From positions 1,032,679 through 1,096,678 of the forward strand of contig JBFWJC010000001.1 in NCBI GenBank assembly GCA_050253415.1: a DNA stretch of 64,000 nt, in the 5' to 3' direction. The notes beneath the pieces are model-generated. The model searched no databases. It was not told the origin of the DNA and saw nothing but the letters and a program-made list of their open reading frames with translations. The stretch is from Pedobacter sp. GTDB taxonomy: Bacteria > Desulfobacterota > Desulfuromonadia > Desulfuromonadales > Syntrophotaleaceae. The translations under genes and the position numbers were made by a program. Positions 29,182 to 39,500 of this stretch are shown here, in pieces. Within the stretch, counting starts at the first letter, position 1, and each line of letters starts with the position of its first letter.

Positions 29182-30720
29182 ATGCAGCAGTTCAAGGGGG
29201 GCGACAGACAGGTTTCGATTGCGTTGAACCGGATCAGGAGCCGCGTGTCCCAACTCGCTCGAACGGTTGCCACGGATCATGCTAATGCTGAAAACAGCCG
29301 ATTGTGTGTTGAATGTTTGAGAGATGTTGCAAGTCTTGTTGAACAGGTTTCCCCTCAAACCTTTGAAGACAAAGAGGCACTGGTTCGGTTGGTTCATGAA
29401 CTTGAGAGTGGGGACAGGATCGCTCCGAATGCGGCTTTCATTCTGCAATCGGGGACACGGGTTGCTGATGGTCTTCGTCGACTTCCGACAGCTCACCGGT
29501 TTTTGGATCTGGAACGTAATCAGCTGCAGAGTATTTTTTCCGCCACCACCAATCTGGTGATGGTTACGAACCACGAGGGGATGGTCACGCTTCTTAACCC
29601 GGCGGCTGAACAATTTTTTGCAGGAAAGTCCTGGCGCAGCGTAGCGTTCTGGCAGTTGTTGGAATTACCAGGCAGCGAACTGCAGCAGGTGTTGGCCGCT
29701 TATACACCGGAAGACCATCACGAAATCTACCTTGCCGAGGCCGGGCAGTGGTTTAATCTGCGACTGGTGCCTTTTGACCCGTACGCCCAGGTTCCGGCCG
29801 GTTTCATTCTGATCCTTAATGACATAACCTGGCTGGTCGATAGCCGGCAACATCTTGAAAAGCTGGTCGCCGACCGAACCCACGCTCTGGCCAATTCGGA
29901 AAAGATGCTGCGCCTCATTTTTGATTCGGTCGGTAACGGCATTCTGCTGCTGAGCGACGATTATCATATCGTCAAGGCGAATCAGCGGGCGGGGCAGATC
30001 CATGCGTGTCATCCTGACGCGTTGGTTGGTAAGGATTTGCGTGATTTGACCGACAACCAGGGGCGTTGGACGTTGATCTCCTGCGTTGCCGCCTTGAACG
30101 AAGAATCGAGTATGAGTGCCGAGATTCAGGTGCGGCGCTCCGATGGCACCATGCTGCCGGCCAGTTTCATGGTAACGCGCGTCGAGATAGACGGGCGTAT
30201 TTTCTGGCCGGTAATCGTTCGGGATATTTCCCGTCAGAAAGCCCTGGAAGAACGCTTGCTCATGGAAAAGCAGCAGGTTGAAGAAATGAACGTAACGCTG
30301 CGCAATGTTATGAAGAGCGTTGACGGTGATCGCAAGGAATTTGAAAACAACCTTGCCAGACGCATTCGTACCCAGTTGCTGCCGGCGCTGGACCGTGTTG
30401 GCGCCGAACCTTCTGCGAATATTCGCGCAAGCTATCTGGACCTGGTGCGGGAACAGCTTGTCGGATTGACCAGCGGTTCCGCCTCGGAAATTGATGCCAG
30501 CTTGTTGAAACTGAGCAAAACCGAAATACGCATCTGCCAGTTTGTTCAGGCCGGGAGTTCCACCAAGGATATCTGCGAAGCGATGAATCTGGCATTTGAA
30601 ACGGTTCAGACGCATCGCAAAAACATTCGCCGCAAACTGGGTCTGCGCGGCAAAAATGTCAATCTTCACTCCTACCTTATAGGTCGTCGCTCTCTGCTCG
30701 CCTCTGTGGACGATAATTAA
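29182..30720 (+). CDS. PAS-PAS-LuxR-type HTH transcriptional regulator
   Basis: Two PAS-like segments plus C-terminal LSKTEIRICQFVQAGSSTKDICEAMNLAFETVQTHRKNIRRKL. Start uncertain (29173 or 29182). Confidence 0.85.
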   Translation: MQQFKGGDRQVSIALNRIRSRVSQLARTVATDHANAENSRLCVECLRDVASLVEQVSPQTFEDKEALVRLVHELESGDRIAPNAAFILQSGTRVADGLRRLPTAHRFLDLERNQLQSIFSATTNLVMVTNHEGMVTLLNPAAEQFFAGKSWRSVAFWQLLELPGSELQQVLAAYTPEDHHEIYLAEAGQWFNLRLVPFDPYAQVPAGFILILNDITWLVDSRQHLEKLVADRTHALANSEKMLRLIFDSVGNGILLLSDDYHIVKANQRAGQIHACHPDALVGKDLRDLTDNQGRWTLISCVAALNEESSMSAEIQVRRSDGTMLPASFMVTRVEIDGRIFWPVIVRDISRQKALEERLLMEKQQVEEMNVTLRNVMKSVDGDRKEFENNLARRIRTQLLPALDRVGAEPSANIRASYLDLVREQLVGLTSGSASEIDASLLKLSKTEIRICQFVQAGSSTKDICEAMNLAFETVQTHRKNIRRKLGLRGKNVNLHSYLIGRRSLLASVDDN

Positions 30721-30960
30721 AGTCTATACCCGTAAATAAGCAGTTTTTTTGTTTTTGAGCACAAAGTTTTGCCGGTGTATACATTATTGAACACCTGTGT
30801 AAGCGGTTTTGTGTTCGATCGGGTACATGGATATACCCTTTAATACCCCGATAGCTCACCTGTTTGACACTTTCTCTGTGTGCTATAAAGCGATTCAGAA
30901 GGTTCTTTCGCGCCCTCAACGGTTTGCGGCTGGAGGTAGCAGACCTTTGGTGCGCGCTAG

Positions 30961-31056
30961 TCTCCGAGCCAGGCTTGCCTAAGGGGAAGGTCCTCAGGGT
31001 GGCTGGCCAAAGGGTTTCGCTGGAAACGGCGGTGCCTCCCACGTTTGGAAAGGAGA
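30961..31056 (+). ncRNA. Moco/Tuco RNA motif (cofactor riboswitch candidate), P3-less variant
   Basis: P1 TCTCC/GGAGA, CCGAGCC...CCTAAG, CGCTG-GAAA-CGGCG stem, and GCCTCCC...TTTGGAAAGGAG 3' end, all Moco RNA hallmarks. Sits in the aor leader. Confidence 0.85.
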
Positions 31057-31106
31057 TAAACCGCAGTCCTGTTCCTGTTATTTCGCATTGGGAGGAAGTT
31101 AACACT

Positions 31107-32834
31107 ATGCACATCGTTCGCGTAAATATGTCTGACCTTACCGTCAAGACCGAGGAAGTACCCGCCGCATGGATGACTCTTGGCGGTCGCGCCCTGACAA
31201 CGACTATCGTGGCGGCAGAGGTGAAGCCGACCTGTCACCCGCTCGGTCCTAACAATAAACTCGTTTTTGCTCCCGGTATGCTGTCGGGTACTCCGGCTGC
31301 CAACTCCGGGCGCATGTCTCTCGGCGGTAAGAGCCCTCTGACTTACGGCATTAAGGAATCCAACTCCGGCGGCACCACGGCTCAGCAGTTCGCTAAACTG
31401 GGTATCCACGCCATGATCATCGAGGGACGTCCCAGCGAAGACAAATGGTATCGCCTGCACGTTGACAAGGATGGCGTAACGATCCATGAAGAGACCGAAG
31501 TCGTTGGGATGCAGAATTTTGCCGTCATTGCCGAGATGGAAAAACGTTTCGGCGACAAGATCGGTGTCATGACCATCGGTATCCCCGGTGAAAAACGTAT
31601 GGCCGCGGCCAATATTTCCGTAAAAGACCCCGATCATAAGATCCGTTCCCACGGGCGTGGTGGTATGGGCGCGGTTATGGGATCCAAGAAGATTAAATGC
31701 ATCACCGTAGACAGCACCGGCGCCGGCAAGGTGGAGATTGCCGATCCCGACAAGTTCAAAAAAGCCGCCCGCGTTTTTGCCAAAGCCATACTGGATCACC
31801 CGGTTACCGGCCAGGGACTGCCGACTTACGGCACCAACATACTGGTTAATATCCTTAACGAAGCCGGCGGTCTGCCGACCAAGAACTTTCGCTACGGTCA
31901 GTGGGAACATCACGACAAGGTGTCAGGCGAAACCATGCACGATACCATCGTAGAGCGTAACGGGCATCCCAAGCATGGTTGCCATGCCGGCTGTATTATT
32001 CAGTGTTCCCAGGTATACAACGACAAAGAGGGCAACTACCTGACCTCCGGTTTCGAGTATGAAACCATCTGGGGCCTGGGCGCCGACTGCTTGATTGAAG
32101 ATCTGGATGATATCGCTACCTGCGACAATATCATGGACGATATCGGCATCGATTCTATCGAGGGTGTTGTCACCATGGGCGTGGTTATGGAAGCCGGTAT
32201 CATTCCCTGGGGCGATGGCAAAGGTGCTATCCGCTTGCTGCGCGAGGAAGTCGGCAAGGGTACGGCACTTGGGCACATTATCGGAAACGGCACCGCTTCG
32301 GTTGGCCATGCTTATGGCCTGACCCGCGTACCCGTGGTCAAGAATCAGGGTATCCCGGCCTACGACCCCCGTTCGGTTAAAGGTATCGGTATCACCTATG
32401 CCACTTCGACCATGGGAGCGGATCACACCGCCGGTTATTGCATTGCCACCAATATCCTCAAATGCGGTGGCTTTGTCGATCCCTTGAGCAAGGAAGGGCA
32501 GGTCGAACTGTCCCGCAACCTGCAGATAGGTACCGCAGTCATCGACAGTACCGGTATGTGCGTGTTCGTGGCGTTCCCGATGCTCGATATTCCCGAATGC
32601 GCCGATGCCCTTAACGACATGGTAGCAGCCCGCTTCGGCATCGAGCTGGATCATGCCGGCGTTGCCGAGTTGGGCAAGAAGATCCTTAAGCTGGAGCATG
32701 AATTCAACCTTGCCGCCGGTATGAGCAATGAAGATGACCGGCTGCCCGAATTCTTCACCCTCGAAACCGTACCGCCGCACAACGCCATCTGGGATTTCAG
32801 CCCGGCTGAGATCGACGAATTCTGGAATTTCTGA
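31107..32834 (+). CDS. aor: Tungsten-dependent aldehyde:ferredoxin oxidoreductase
   Basis: LGGRAL, KSPLT.GIKESNSGG, GRGGMGAVMGSK, CHAGCIIQC Fe-S motif, EYET, GADHTAG, DDRLPEFF. GGGAGG RBS before ATG 31107. Confidence 0.93.
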   Translation: MHIVRVNMSDLTVKTEEVPAAWMTLGGRALTTTIVAAEVKPTCHPLGPNNKLVFAPGMLSGTPAANSGRMSLGGKSPLTYGIKESNSGGTTAQQFAKLGIHAMIIEGRPSEDKWYRLHVDKDGVTIHEETEVVGMQNFAVIAEMEKRFGDKIGVMTIGIPGEKRMAAANISVKDPDHKIRSHGRGGMGAVMGSKKIKCITVDSTGAGKVEIADPDKFKKAARVFAKAILDHPVTGQGLPTYGTNILVNILNEAGGLPTKNFRYGQWEHHDKVSGETMHDTIVERNGHPKHGCHAGCIIQCSQVYNDKEGNYLTSGFEYETIWGLGADCLIEDLDDIATCDNIMDDIGIDSIEGVVTMGVVMEAGIIPWGDGKGAIRLLREEVGKGTALGHIIGNGTASVGHAYGLTRVPVVKNQGIPAYDPRSVKGIGITYATSTMGADHTAGYCIATNILKCGGFVDPLSKEGQVELSRNLQIGTAVIDSTGMCVFVAFPMLDIPECADALNDMVAARFGIELDHAGVAELGKKILKLEHEFNLAAGMSNEDDRLPEFFTLETVPPHNAIWDFSPAEIDEFWNF

Positions 32835-32945
32835 TTACGCGAAAGATCTTGTCTTTCGCCATGTCGGGGTAGGGTCGCCCTTCCGGGTGGGCGCCTCTAT
32901 CCCGACTGCTTTGCACCTCCTGATTCCTAACCGATGCTTGCTGTT

Positions 32946-32981
32946 GCCGTTCGAACCTTTTGGTTCGGGCGGCTTTTTTTT
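32946..32981 (+). terminator. Terminator after aor
   Basis: GCCGTTCGAACC-TTTT-GGTTCGGGCGGC followed by T8. Confidence 0.8.
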
Positions 32982-33090
32982 GTGCTCGTCTGAGCCTTTT
33001 AAGAACGTGTTTTTTCTTCGGAAGACCGGTCCTTGAGAGGCGCTGCATCTATTTTTATATTCTGAATGCCTGTTGCGCAAAGAATAGTCC

Positions 33091-33120
33091 TTGACGAATA
33101 AATCAAACGTTTGTTTTACT
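33091..33120 (+). promoter_or_regulatory. Promoter -35 (TTGACG) with overlapping PsrA-like operator CAAAC-GTTT-GTTT
   Basis: AAAC-N4-GTTT resembles the PsrA-family site and lies upstream of a PsrA-like TetR gene. Confidence 0.55.
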
Positions 33121-33166
33121 GTGGGGGTGATTGTAAAGTGCTATTTCCCTATCTGCCGGAGAGGTT

Positions 33167-33805
33167 ATGAGTCAACCGGATACCAAACAACGCCTGCTCG
33201 ATGCGGCCGAAAGTCTGTTTGCCGCCGAGGGGTTCCACAGTACTTCACTACGCGCCATTACCGGCAAAGCCGAGGCCAACCTTGCAGCGGTCAAATACCA
33301 TTTCGGCTCCAAGGAGGCGCTGCTGGAGGCGGTTTTGAATCGACGCCTGGTGCCTCTCAACCGGGTCCGTCATGAGCGGCTGGAGGCGTTGCGCAGGACA
33401 GCGCGACAATCTGGCGTGCGGCCGCCAACCGAGGAGGTGCTGCGGGCTTTTATCGAGCCGACCCTCGCTTTTCGCGACAGCGGACCGGGAGCCGAGGCCT
33501 TTATTCAGCTGGTCGGACGGGCTATCGCAGAACCGGATGATACCATCCGCAATATCTTCATGGAGTTGATGAAACCGCTGTTTCTCCTCATTTACGATAC
33601 GCTGGGACAAGCCCTTCCGGAATTGTCGGACACGGAACGTTTCTGGCGTCTGCACTTTTCACTCGGGGCACTGAGTCACGCCATGTGCCTGGCCGGACGT
33701 TTTCAGATCCTGCCTGCCGGAGTCACGCCGCGTCCTGATGCGGATGCTCTCACCGCGATGCTGGTGAATTTTCTTAAAGTAGGCTTGGAGGCGCCATGCG
33801 ACTGA
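33167..33805 (+). CDS. TetR/AcrR-family regulator (PsrA-like)
   Basis: LLDAAESLFAAEGFHSTSLRAITGKAEANLAAVKYHFGSKEAL HTH, and FWRLHF. Confidence 0.9.
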   Translation: MSQPDTKQRLLDAAESLFAAEGFHSTSLRAITGKAEANLAAVKYHFGSKEALLEAVLNRRLVPLNRVRHERLEALRRTARQSGVRPPTEEVLRAFIEPTLAFRDSGPGAEAFIQLVGRAIAEPDDTIRNIFMELMKPLFLLIYDTLGQALPELSDTERFWRLHFSLGALSHAMCLAGRFQILPAGVTPRPDADALTAMLVNFLKVGLEAPCD

Positions 33806-35223
33806 CATCTTTATGCCTTGTTGGTTGCGGTCTGCTCGGTCTTCTTGGCAACGGTTGCACCCTGCACCAGCCGCAAGAGGCAACTCTCCCGAGCTCTGTT
33901 CCTCAGGGCTATGCAGAGTCATCCGCAGCGGGCGAGCCATTTTCGGCTCTGGAACATTGGTGGGAACGATTTGGCGATGCGGATCTCAATACCTTGATGG
34001 CCGAGGCCTTTGCCGCAAATCTCGATTTGCAGCAGGCTTATGCCCGACTTGCCCAGGCCGAGGCGCTGGTACGCACAACTGGCGCAGCGCAGCGTCCCAC
34101 TCTCGACCTCGCCAGTGCCGGAGGCCGCCACCGGCAAGCGGTTGGCGTGACCGGCGCGGTTACCGCAGACACCTATTCTCTGTCGCTTCCCGCAAGTTTC
34201 GAACTCGATCTCTGGCGCAAATTGGCCTCGCGCACCGAGGCTGCCCGCCTTGAACAAGATGCTTCGCGGGAGGAACTCAAGGCCCTGTACCTGAGCCTTT
34301 CCGCTCAGGTTGCCGATCTCTATTTTTTGGCAATGGAACAAAAGGCGCAGCTCGCATTGACCGATCGCAATATCGCCGCGTTTGCCGATACCCTGGAGAG
34401 GGTGGAACGTCGTTACCTCGAAGGATTGGTGCCTCCCCTGGATGTTTACCAGTCACGCCAGAACCTGGCGGCGGCCCGTTCACGCCGGCCCCAGTTCGAT
34501 AATGCTCTGGCGGCCGCCGAGCACGCTCTGGCGGTTCTGCTCGGGCGTTATCCCGGGCGCGGCCTGGTCAACGATCACAGGCCTTTGCCGCAGACGATCC
34601 CCGATTTTCCGGCCGGACTGCCGTCTCAATTACTGGTTCGCCGGCCTGACGTTAAGGCCGACCTGTTGCGCCTGAAGGCCAGCGATGCCCGCATCGCCGC
34701 GGCGATTGCCGAGCGTTTTCCCGCGTTGCGCCTGACCGGCAGCTACGGCGGGCAAAGCGTCGAATTGGGGGATCTGCTCGCCTCGGGCAACATCTTCTGG
34801 AATCTGCTGCTTAATCTTGCCCAGCCTCTTTACGATGGTGGCAGAAGGGCTGCCGAGGTGGACCGCAGCAAGGCTGTTTTTCGTGAAAACCTTGCCGGTT
34901 ACCATAAATCCGTGCTCACCGCCTTTCGCGAGGTGGAGGATGCTCTTGCCGCCGGTCGTACCGGTGAAGAACGCATCGCGCGCTTGCGCCAGAGCGAGGA
35001 GGCCAGCGCCGCGGCCTTGCGGTTGGCACTCGACCGCTATTTACAGGGGCTGTCCGAATACTTGCCGGTTCTTACCGCCCAGGGGCTGCATTTTAATGCC
35101 CAGAGCCAGCTTTTGGCTGCCCGCCGGCAATTGATAGCCGATCGTATTACCCTCGCTCGGGCCCTTGGCGGGGACTGGATGGATGAGGAACTGACCGATG
35201 GATTGCAGTGGGTTGCCCATTGA
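33796..35223 (+). CDS. RND efflux outer-membrane lipoprotein (NodT/OprM-like)
   Basis: Lipobox-like GNGC, WWERFGD, ELDLW, PSQLLVRRPDV, LARALGG. Confidence 0.9.
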   Translation: MRLTSLCLVGCGLLGLLGNGCTLHQPQEATLPSSVPQGYAESSAAGEPFSALEHWWERFGDADLNTLMAEAFAANLDLQQAYARLAQAEALVRTTGAAQRPTLDLASAGGRHRQAVGVTGAVTADTYSLSLPASFELDLWRKLASRTEAARLEQDASREELKALYLSLSAQVADLYFLAMEQKAQLALTDRNIAAFADTLERVERRYLEGLVPPLDVYQSRQNLAAARSRRPQFDNALAAAEHALAVLLGRYPGRGLVNDHRPLPQTIPDFPAGLPSQLLVRRPDVKADLLRLKASDARIAAAIAERFPALRLTGSYGGQSVELGDLLASGNIFWNLLLNLAQPLYDGGRRAAEVDRSKAVFRENLAGYHKSVLTAFREVEDALAAGRTGEERIARLRQSEEASAAALRLALDRYLQGLSEYLPVLTAQGLHFNAQSQLLAARRQLIADRITLARALGGDWMDEELTDGLQWVAH

Positions 35224-35323
35224 ACAACGGCTGAATCTGCCTGGGTAAAGTGCCCCATATGACTTGCCCGATCTATTGATGTCGGATTTTAAACCAAACA
35301 TTATTTATAACGGGAAATATCCA

Positions 35324-36541
35324 ATGAGCGTCAAATCCAAACTGTTAAAGATCGGAGTTCCCCTTCTGATTCTGGTAATGGGCTTTGCAATCATGCGCAT
35401 CATGATTATCAACCGTCCGGAACCACGCAAGGAGAAACGTGAAAATCCCGGTGCTCTGGTCGAGGTTCTGAGTGCCACCCGCGGTGAACGTGAGGTGCTG
35501 GTTCATGGCACCGGTACCATACAACCGCGCCAGGAGGTCAGTCTTACTCCCCAGGTGAGCGGGCGCGTGACAAAAATCGCCGACCGATTAATCGCCGGCG
35601 GCTTCTTCCGCCAGGGGGATGTGCTGTTCGAGATCGAGGATACCGATTATCAGTTGGCCGTGGACCGGGCACGCGCCGCTCTGGCCAAGGCCGAGTACGA
35701 ACTGACGGCCATGCAGGGGCAGGCCCGCATTGCGCGCCAGGAATGGGAACGTTTGCAACTTGGCGATGGAAAACAACCCAACCCCTTGGTGGTCTATGAG
35801 CCGCAGCTCAAGAATGCCCGTGCCACTTTGCTTTCGGCACAGGCCACCTTGCAGCAGGCGCAGCTCGACCTGCAGCGTACCGTGTTGCGGGCGCCGTTCA
35901 ATGCTGTGATCCGTTCCGAAGCCGTCGACCTCGGCCAGTACGTCCGCTCGGGTACCGCCGTGGCGACGCTGGCCGGTACCGACCAGGCGGAGATTGTCGT
36001 ACCCCTGCCTTTGGAAGAGCTGGCCTGGCTGCAGATTCCCCATGCTGGACAAGGCGGTGGTGCCACTGCCGCAACCGCAACCGTACAGCTTGGCGCCGGT
36101 GGGGAGACTTTCGCCTGGTCAGGGAAGGTTGTGCGCCAGTTAGGCGATGTCGACCCTCAGGGACGCATGGCCCGACTGGTTGTGGCGGTGGAGGATCCGT
36201 ACGGATTGCGGCAGAGGGCCGGCGAGCGCCCCATTCTGTCCATGGGAATCTTTGTCCAGGTGCTTCTGCACGGCAAGAGGCTGAAGGATGTGGCGGTCAT
36301 CCCTGCCAATGCGCTGCGTGATGGAGCCACCGTCTGGGTTATGAACGATGGGCACTTGAAGGTCAGGCCGGTGGAGGTGGTGCGCCGAACCCGCGATGAG
36401 GTGGTGATCGGGCAAGGGTTGGACAACGGAGACCCGGTAGTGCTCACCAACCTGGCCGGAGCCACCGAAGGCATGAAGTTGCGGCCGGTGAGCGCGGATT
36501 CTATGCAAAACAAAGTTGGAACGTTGGAGGAGGGCAGTTAG
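35324..36541 (+). CDS. RND efflux membrane fusion protein
   Basis: PQVSGRV, lipoyl-hairpin, RTVLRAPF, GQYV motifs. Lies between the OMF and RND genes. Confidence 0.9.
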   Translation: MSVKSKLLKIGVPLLILVMGFAIMRIMIINRPEPRKEKRENPGALVEVLSATRGEREVLVHGTGTIQPRQEVSLTPQVSGRVTKIADRLIAGGFFRQGDVLFEIEDTDYQLAVDRARAALAKAEYELTAMQGQARIARQEWERLQLGDGKQPNPLVVYEPQLKNARATLLSAQATLQQAQLDLQRTVLRAPFNAVIRSEAVDLGQYVRSGTAVATLAGTDQAEIVVPLPLEELAWLQIPHAGQGGGATAATATVQLGAGGETFAWSGKVVRQLGDVDPQGRMARLVVAVEDPYGLRQRAGERPILSMGIFVQVLLHGKRLKDVAVIPANALRDGATVWVMNDGHLKVRPVEVVRRTRDEVVIGQGLDNGDPVVLTNLAGATEGMKLRPVSADSMQNKVGTLEEGS

Positions 36542-39500
36542 ATGAATGGTGCAATTCGCTGGATGGCCAATCATCACGTGGCCGCCAACCTCCTGATGCT
36601 GGTGTTCGTGGTGGGCGGCCTGATCCTTGCTCCGAAAGTCAAGCAGGAGGTTTTCCCGGAGGTTTCCCTGGACTGGATTTCCGTCAGCGTTCCCTATCCC
36701 GGGGCCGGCCCCGAGGAAGTGGAAGAGGGCATCTTGCTCAAGATCGAGGAGAACCTCACCGGCGTGGACGGCATCAAGCAGATCAAGGCCACCGCCTCCG
36801 AGGGGGTCGGTACGGTCATGGCCGAGGTGCAGGAAGGTATGGACCCGGACAAGGTGCTGCAGGATGTGCGCAGTGAGGTGGATCGTATCACCACCTTCCC
36901 GCTGGATGCCGAAAAGCCGGTTATCAGCAAGTTGCTCAATCGGCTCGAGGTGATTTCGGTGGTGGTCTACGGCGACCTTTCCGAACGCAGTCTGCGCGAA
37001 CGTGCCGAAGCGATACGGGATGAGCTGCTTACCTATCCGCAGATCACCCAGGTCGATCTGGGCGGTGTGCGTCCCTACGAAATCTCCATAGAGATCCCTG
37101 AGCAGCAGTTGCGTCGCTATAATCTGACCCTGGAGCAGGTGGCCCAACGGGTGGGTAAAGCCTCGCTGGATTTGCCCGGCGGTACTATTCGCACCGAAGG
37201 CGGCGAGATCCTGCTGCGTACCAAGGAACGCCGCTATTTCGGACCTGGATACGCCGAGATCGTGGTGGTCAACCAGCCCGACGGCACCGAGGTGCGCCTG
37301 GGTGATATCGCCCGGGTGCGGGACACCTTCGCCGAAACCGACACCTCGGCCACCTTCGACGGAAAACCGGCCGCCATGATCAAAATCTTTCGGGTCGGCG
37401 ATCAGAAACCCACTGAGATTTCCGATCTGGTCAAGCGCTATGTCGAGGACAAATCGGTAAACCTGCCGCCTAACGTGAAGCTTGCTACATGGAACGATAC
37501 CAGCGAGTTGTTCGAAAGTCGCATGAACCTGCTTCTCAAAAATGCGGCGATCGGTCTGGTGCTGGTGTTCCTGGTCTTGGGGCTGTTTCTGGAAATCCGC
37601 CTCGCCATGTGGGTAATGCTCGGTATCCCCATCGCGTTTTTCGGTACCCTGTTTTTCATGCCCGCCCTGGGCGTTTCCATCAACATGATCTCCCTTTTCG
37701 CCTTTATCCTCGCCCTGGGGATCGTGGTTGATGACGCTATCGTTGTCGGCGAAAACATTTACGAACATCGCCAACGGGGTAGCGCCTACCTGCCGGCGGC
37801 CGTAACCGGCTCCCAGGAGGTGGGGGTGCCGGTGGTTTTTTCGATTCTCACCACGGTAGCTGCTTTTGCCCCGTTGTTGTTCATCAGCGGCACCATGGGC
37901 AAGTTCATCGGCGTCATTCCGGTGGTGGTGATTACCATTTTGCTCATGTCGCTGGTGGAGTCCCTGTTTGTTCTCCCTGCCCATCTCGCCATGGGCCGGC
38001 GACGGGAAGCGGTTGGCGGCGTTCTCGGTCGTATCGACCGGCTGCGACGTCGTTTTGGCGATTTGCTTGACCGTTTCATCTCCGGACCTTATCGGCGTAT
38101 CCTCGAAGTTTGCCTGCGTCATCGCTATGTGACCCTGGCCACCGCCGTTGCCTGCCTGCTTCTGGCCGTCGGCGTGGTCAAGGGTGGCATCATCAAATTC
38201 ACCTTCATGCCGGAGGTCGACGGCGATGTGATTACAGCCTCGCTGCAGATGCCTCCCGGCACCCCGGTGGCGGAAACTGTTAAGGTGGAACGATTCATCG
38301 AGCAGAAAGCCATGGAAACGGTTGCTGAGTTCGATAGCCGTGACCCTGCAGGGCAGACCGTGCTGCGCCATTTCTACGCTGTGGTCGGGGGCACCCTTGC
38401 CGAAAGCGGTCCGGGTGGAGCCGTGGGCGAAAAATCAGGAGCCCACCTTGCCGGCATGGCGCTGTTTTTGACCAAAAGCGAAGAACGTGGCATCCCTGCC
38501 TCCGACATCACAACTGCCTGGCGCAACAAGGTTGGGGAAGTCCCGGGGGTAGAATCCCTGGTGTTCAAATCCAACCTGGTCCGCATGGGGGCCAATATCG
38601 ACATTCAGATGGCCCATGAGAGTTTCGCGGTTCTTTCCGAAGCCGCCGACCGACTCAAGGCCGAGTTGAACAGTTACCCGGGCGTGGGGGATGTCGAGGA
38701 TTCCTACAGCCGCGGCAAAAGGGAACTCAAAATCCGGCTCAAGCCGGAAGCGCGCACTCTGGGGGTTACCGAAGAAGGTCTCGGCCGCCAGATCCGTGGT
38801 GCGTTCTACGGTGCCGAGGCCCTGCGTCTTCAGCGCGGTCGCAACGAGGTCAAAGTGATGGTGCGCTATCCCGAGCAGGATCGTCGCAGTCTGTGGGATC
38901 TGGAGACGATGCGCATCCGTACCCCGCAGGGTGGCGAGATGCCGCTGGATCGGGCTGCCCTGGTGGAGGAGGGGAGAGGCTATGCCGAAATCAAGCGCAC
39001 CGACCGCAAGCGAGTGATCAACGTCAGCGCCAGCGTCGACAGCAAGACCGCCAATGCCCAGGAAATTCTGGCCGAAGTGCGTTCGGGCCTGCTGACCGAG
39101 ATGCAGCATGATTATCCAGGACTTACCTTTGATATGGAGGGAGAGGAAAAGGAGCGGCGTGATTCCATGGCGAGCATGGTCAGCGGTTTCCAACTCGCAC
39201 TGTTTGCCATCTTTGCCCTGCTGGCCATCCCCTTCCGCAGTTACAGCCAGCCGTTGATCATCATGGCTGCCATCCCTTTTGGCATCGTCGGCGCCGTTAT
39301 CGGCCACCTGCTCATGGGCTACGATCTCTCCATTCTCAGCATCTTCGGTATCGTGGCACTGGCCGGGGTGGTGGTCAACGATTCGCTGCTCCTCATCGAC
39401 CGGATCAACCAGAACCGCCGGGAGGGAGGCGAAGATCTGCTGGGGTCCCTCCTGGATGCCGGGCAGCGGCGTTTCCGGCCGATCCTGCTGACCTCTTTGA

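Noticed and set aside
30864..31106. 81-aa N-terminal extension of AOR in the ORF track
   Set aside because: It spans the promoter and RNA motif; the RBS and AOR homology start at ATG 31107.
36140..38371. 743-aa antisense ORF (also 38435-39763)
   Set aside because: Lies wholly opposite the MFP/RND genes and has no motifs; a typical shadow frame of GC-rich coding DNA.
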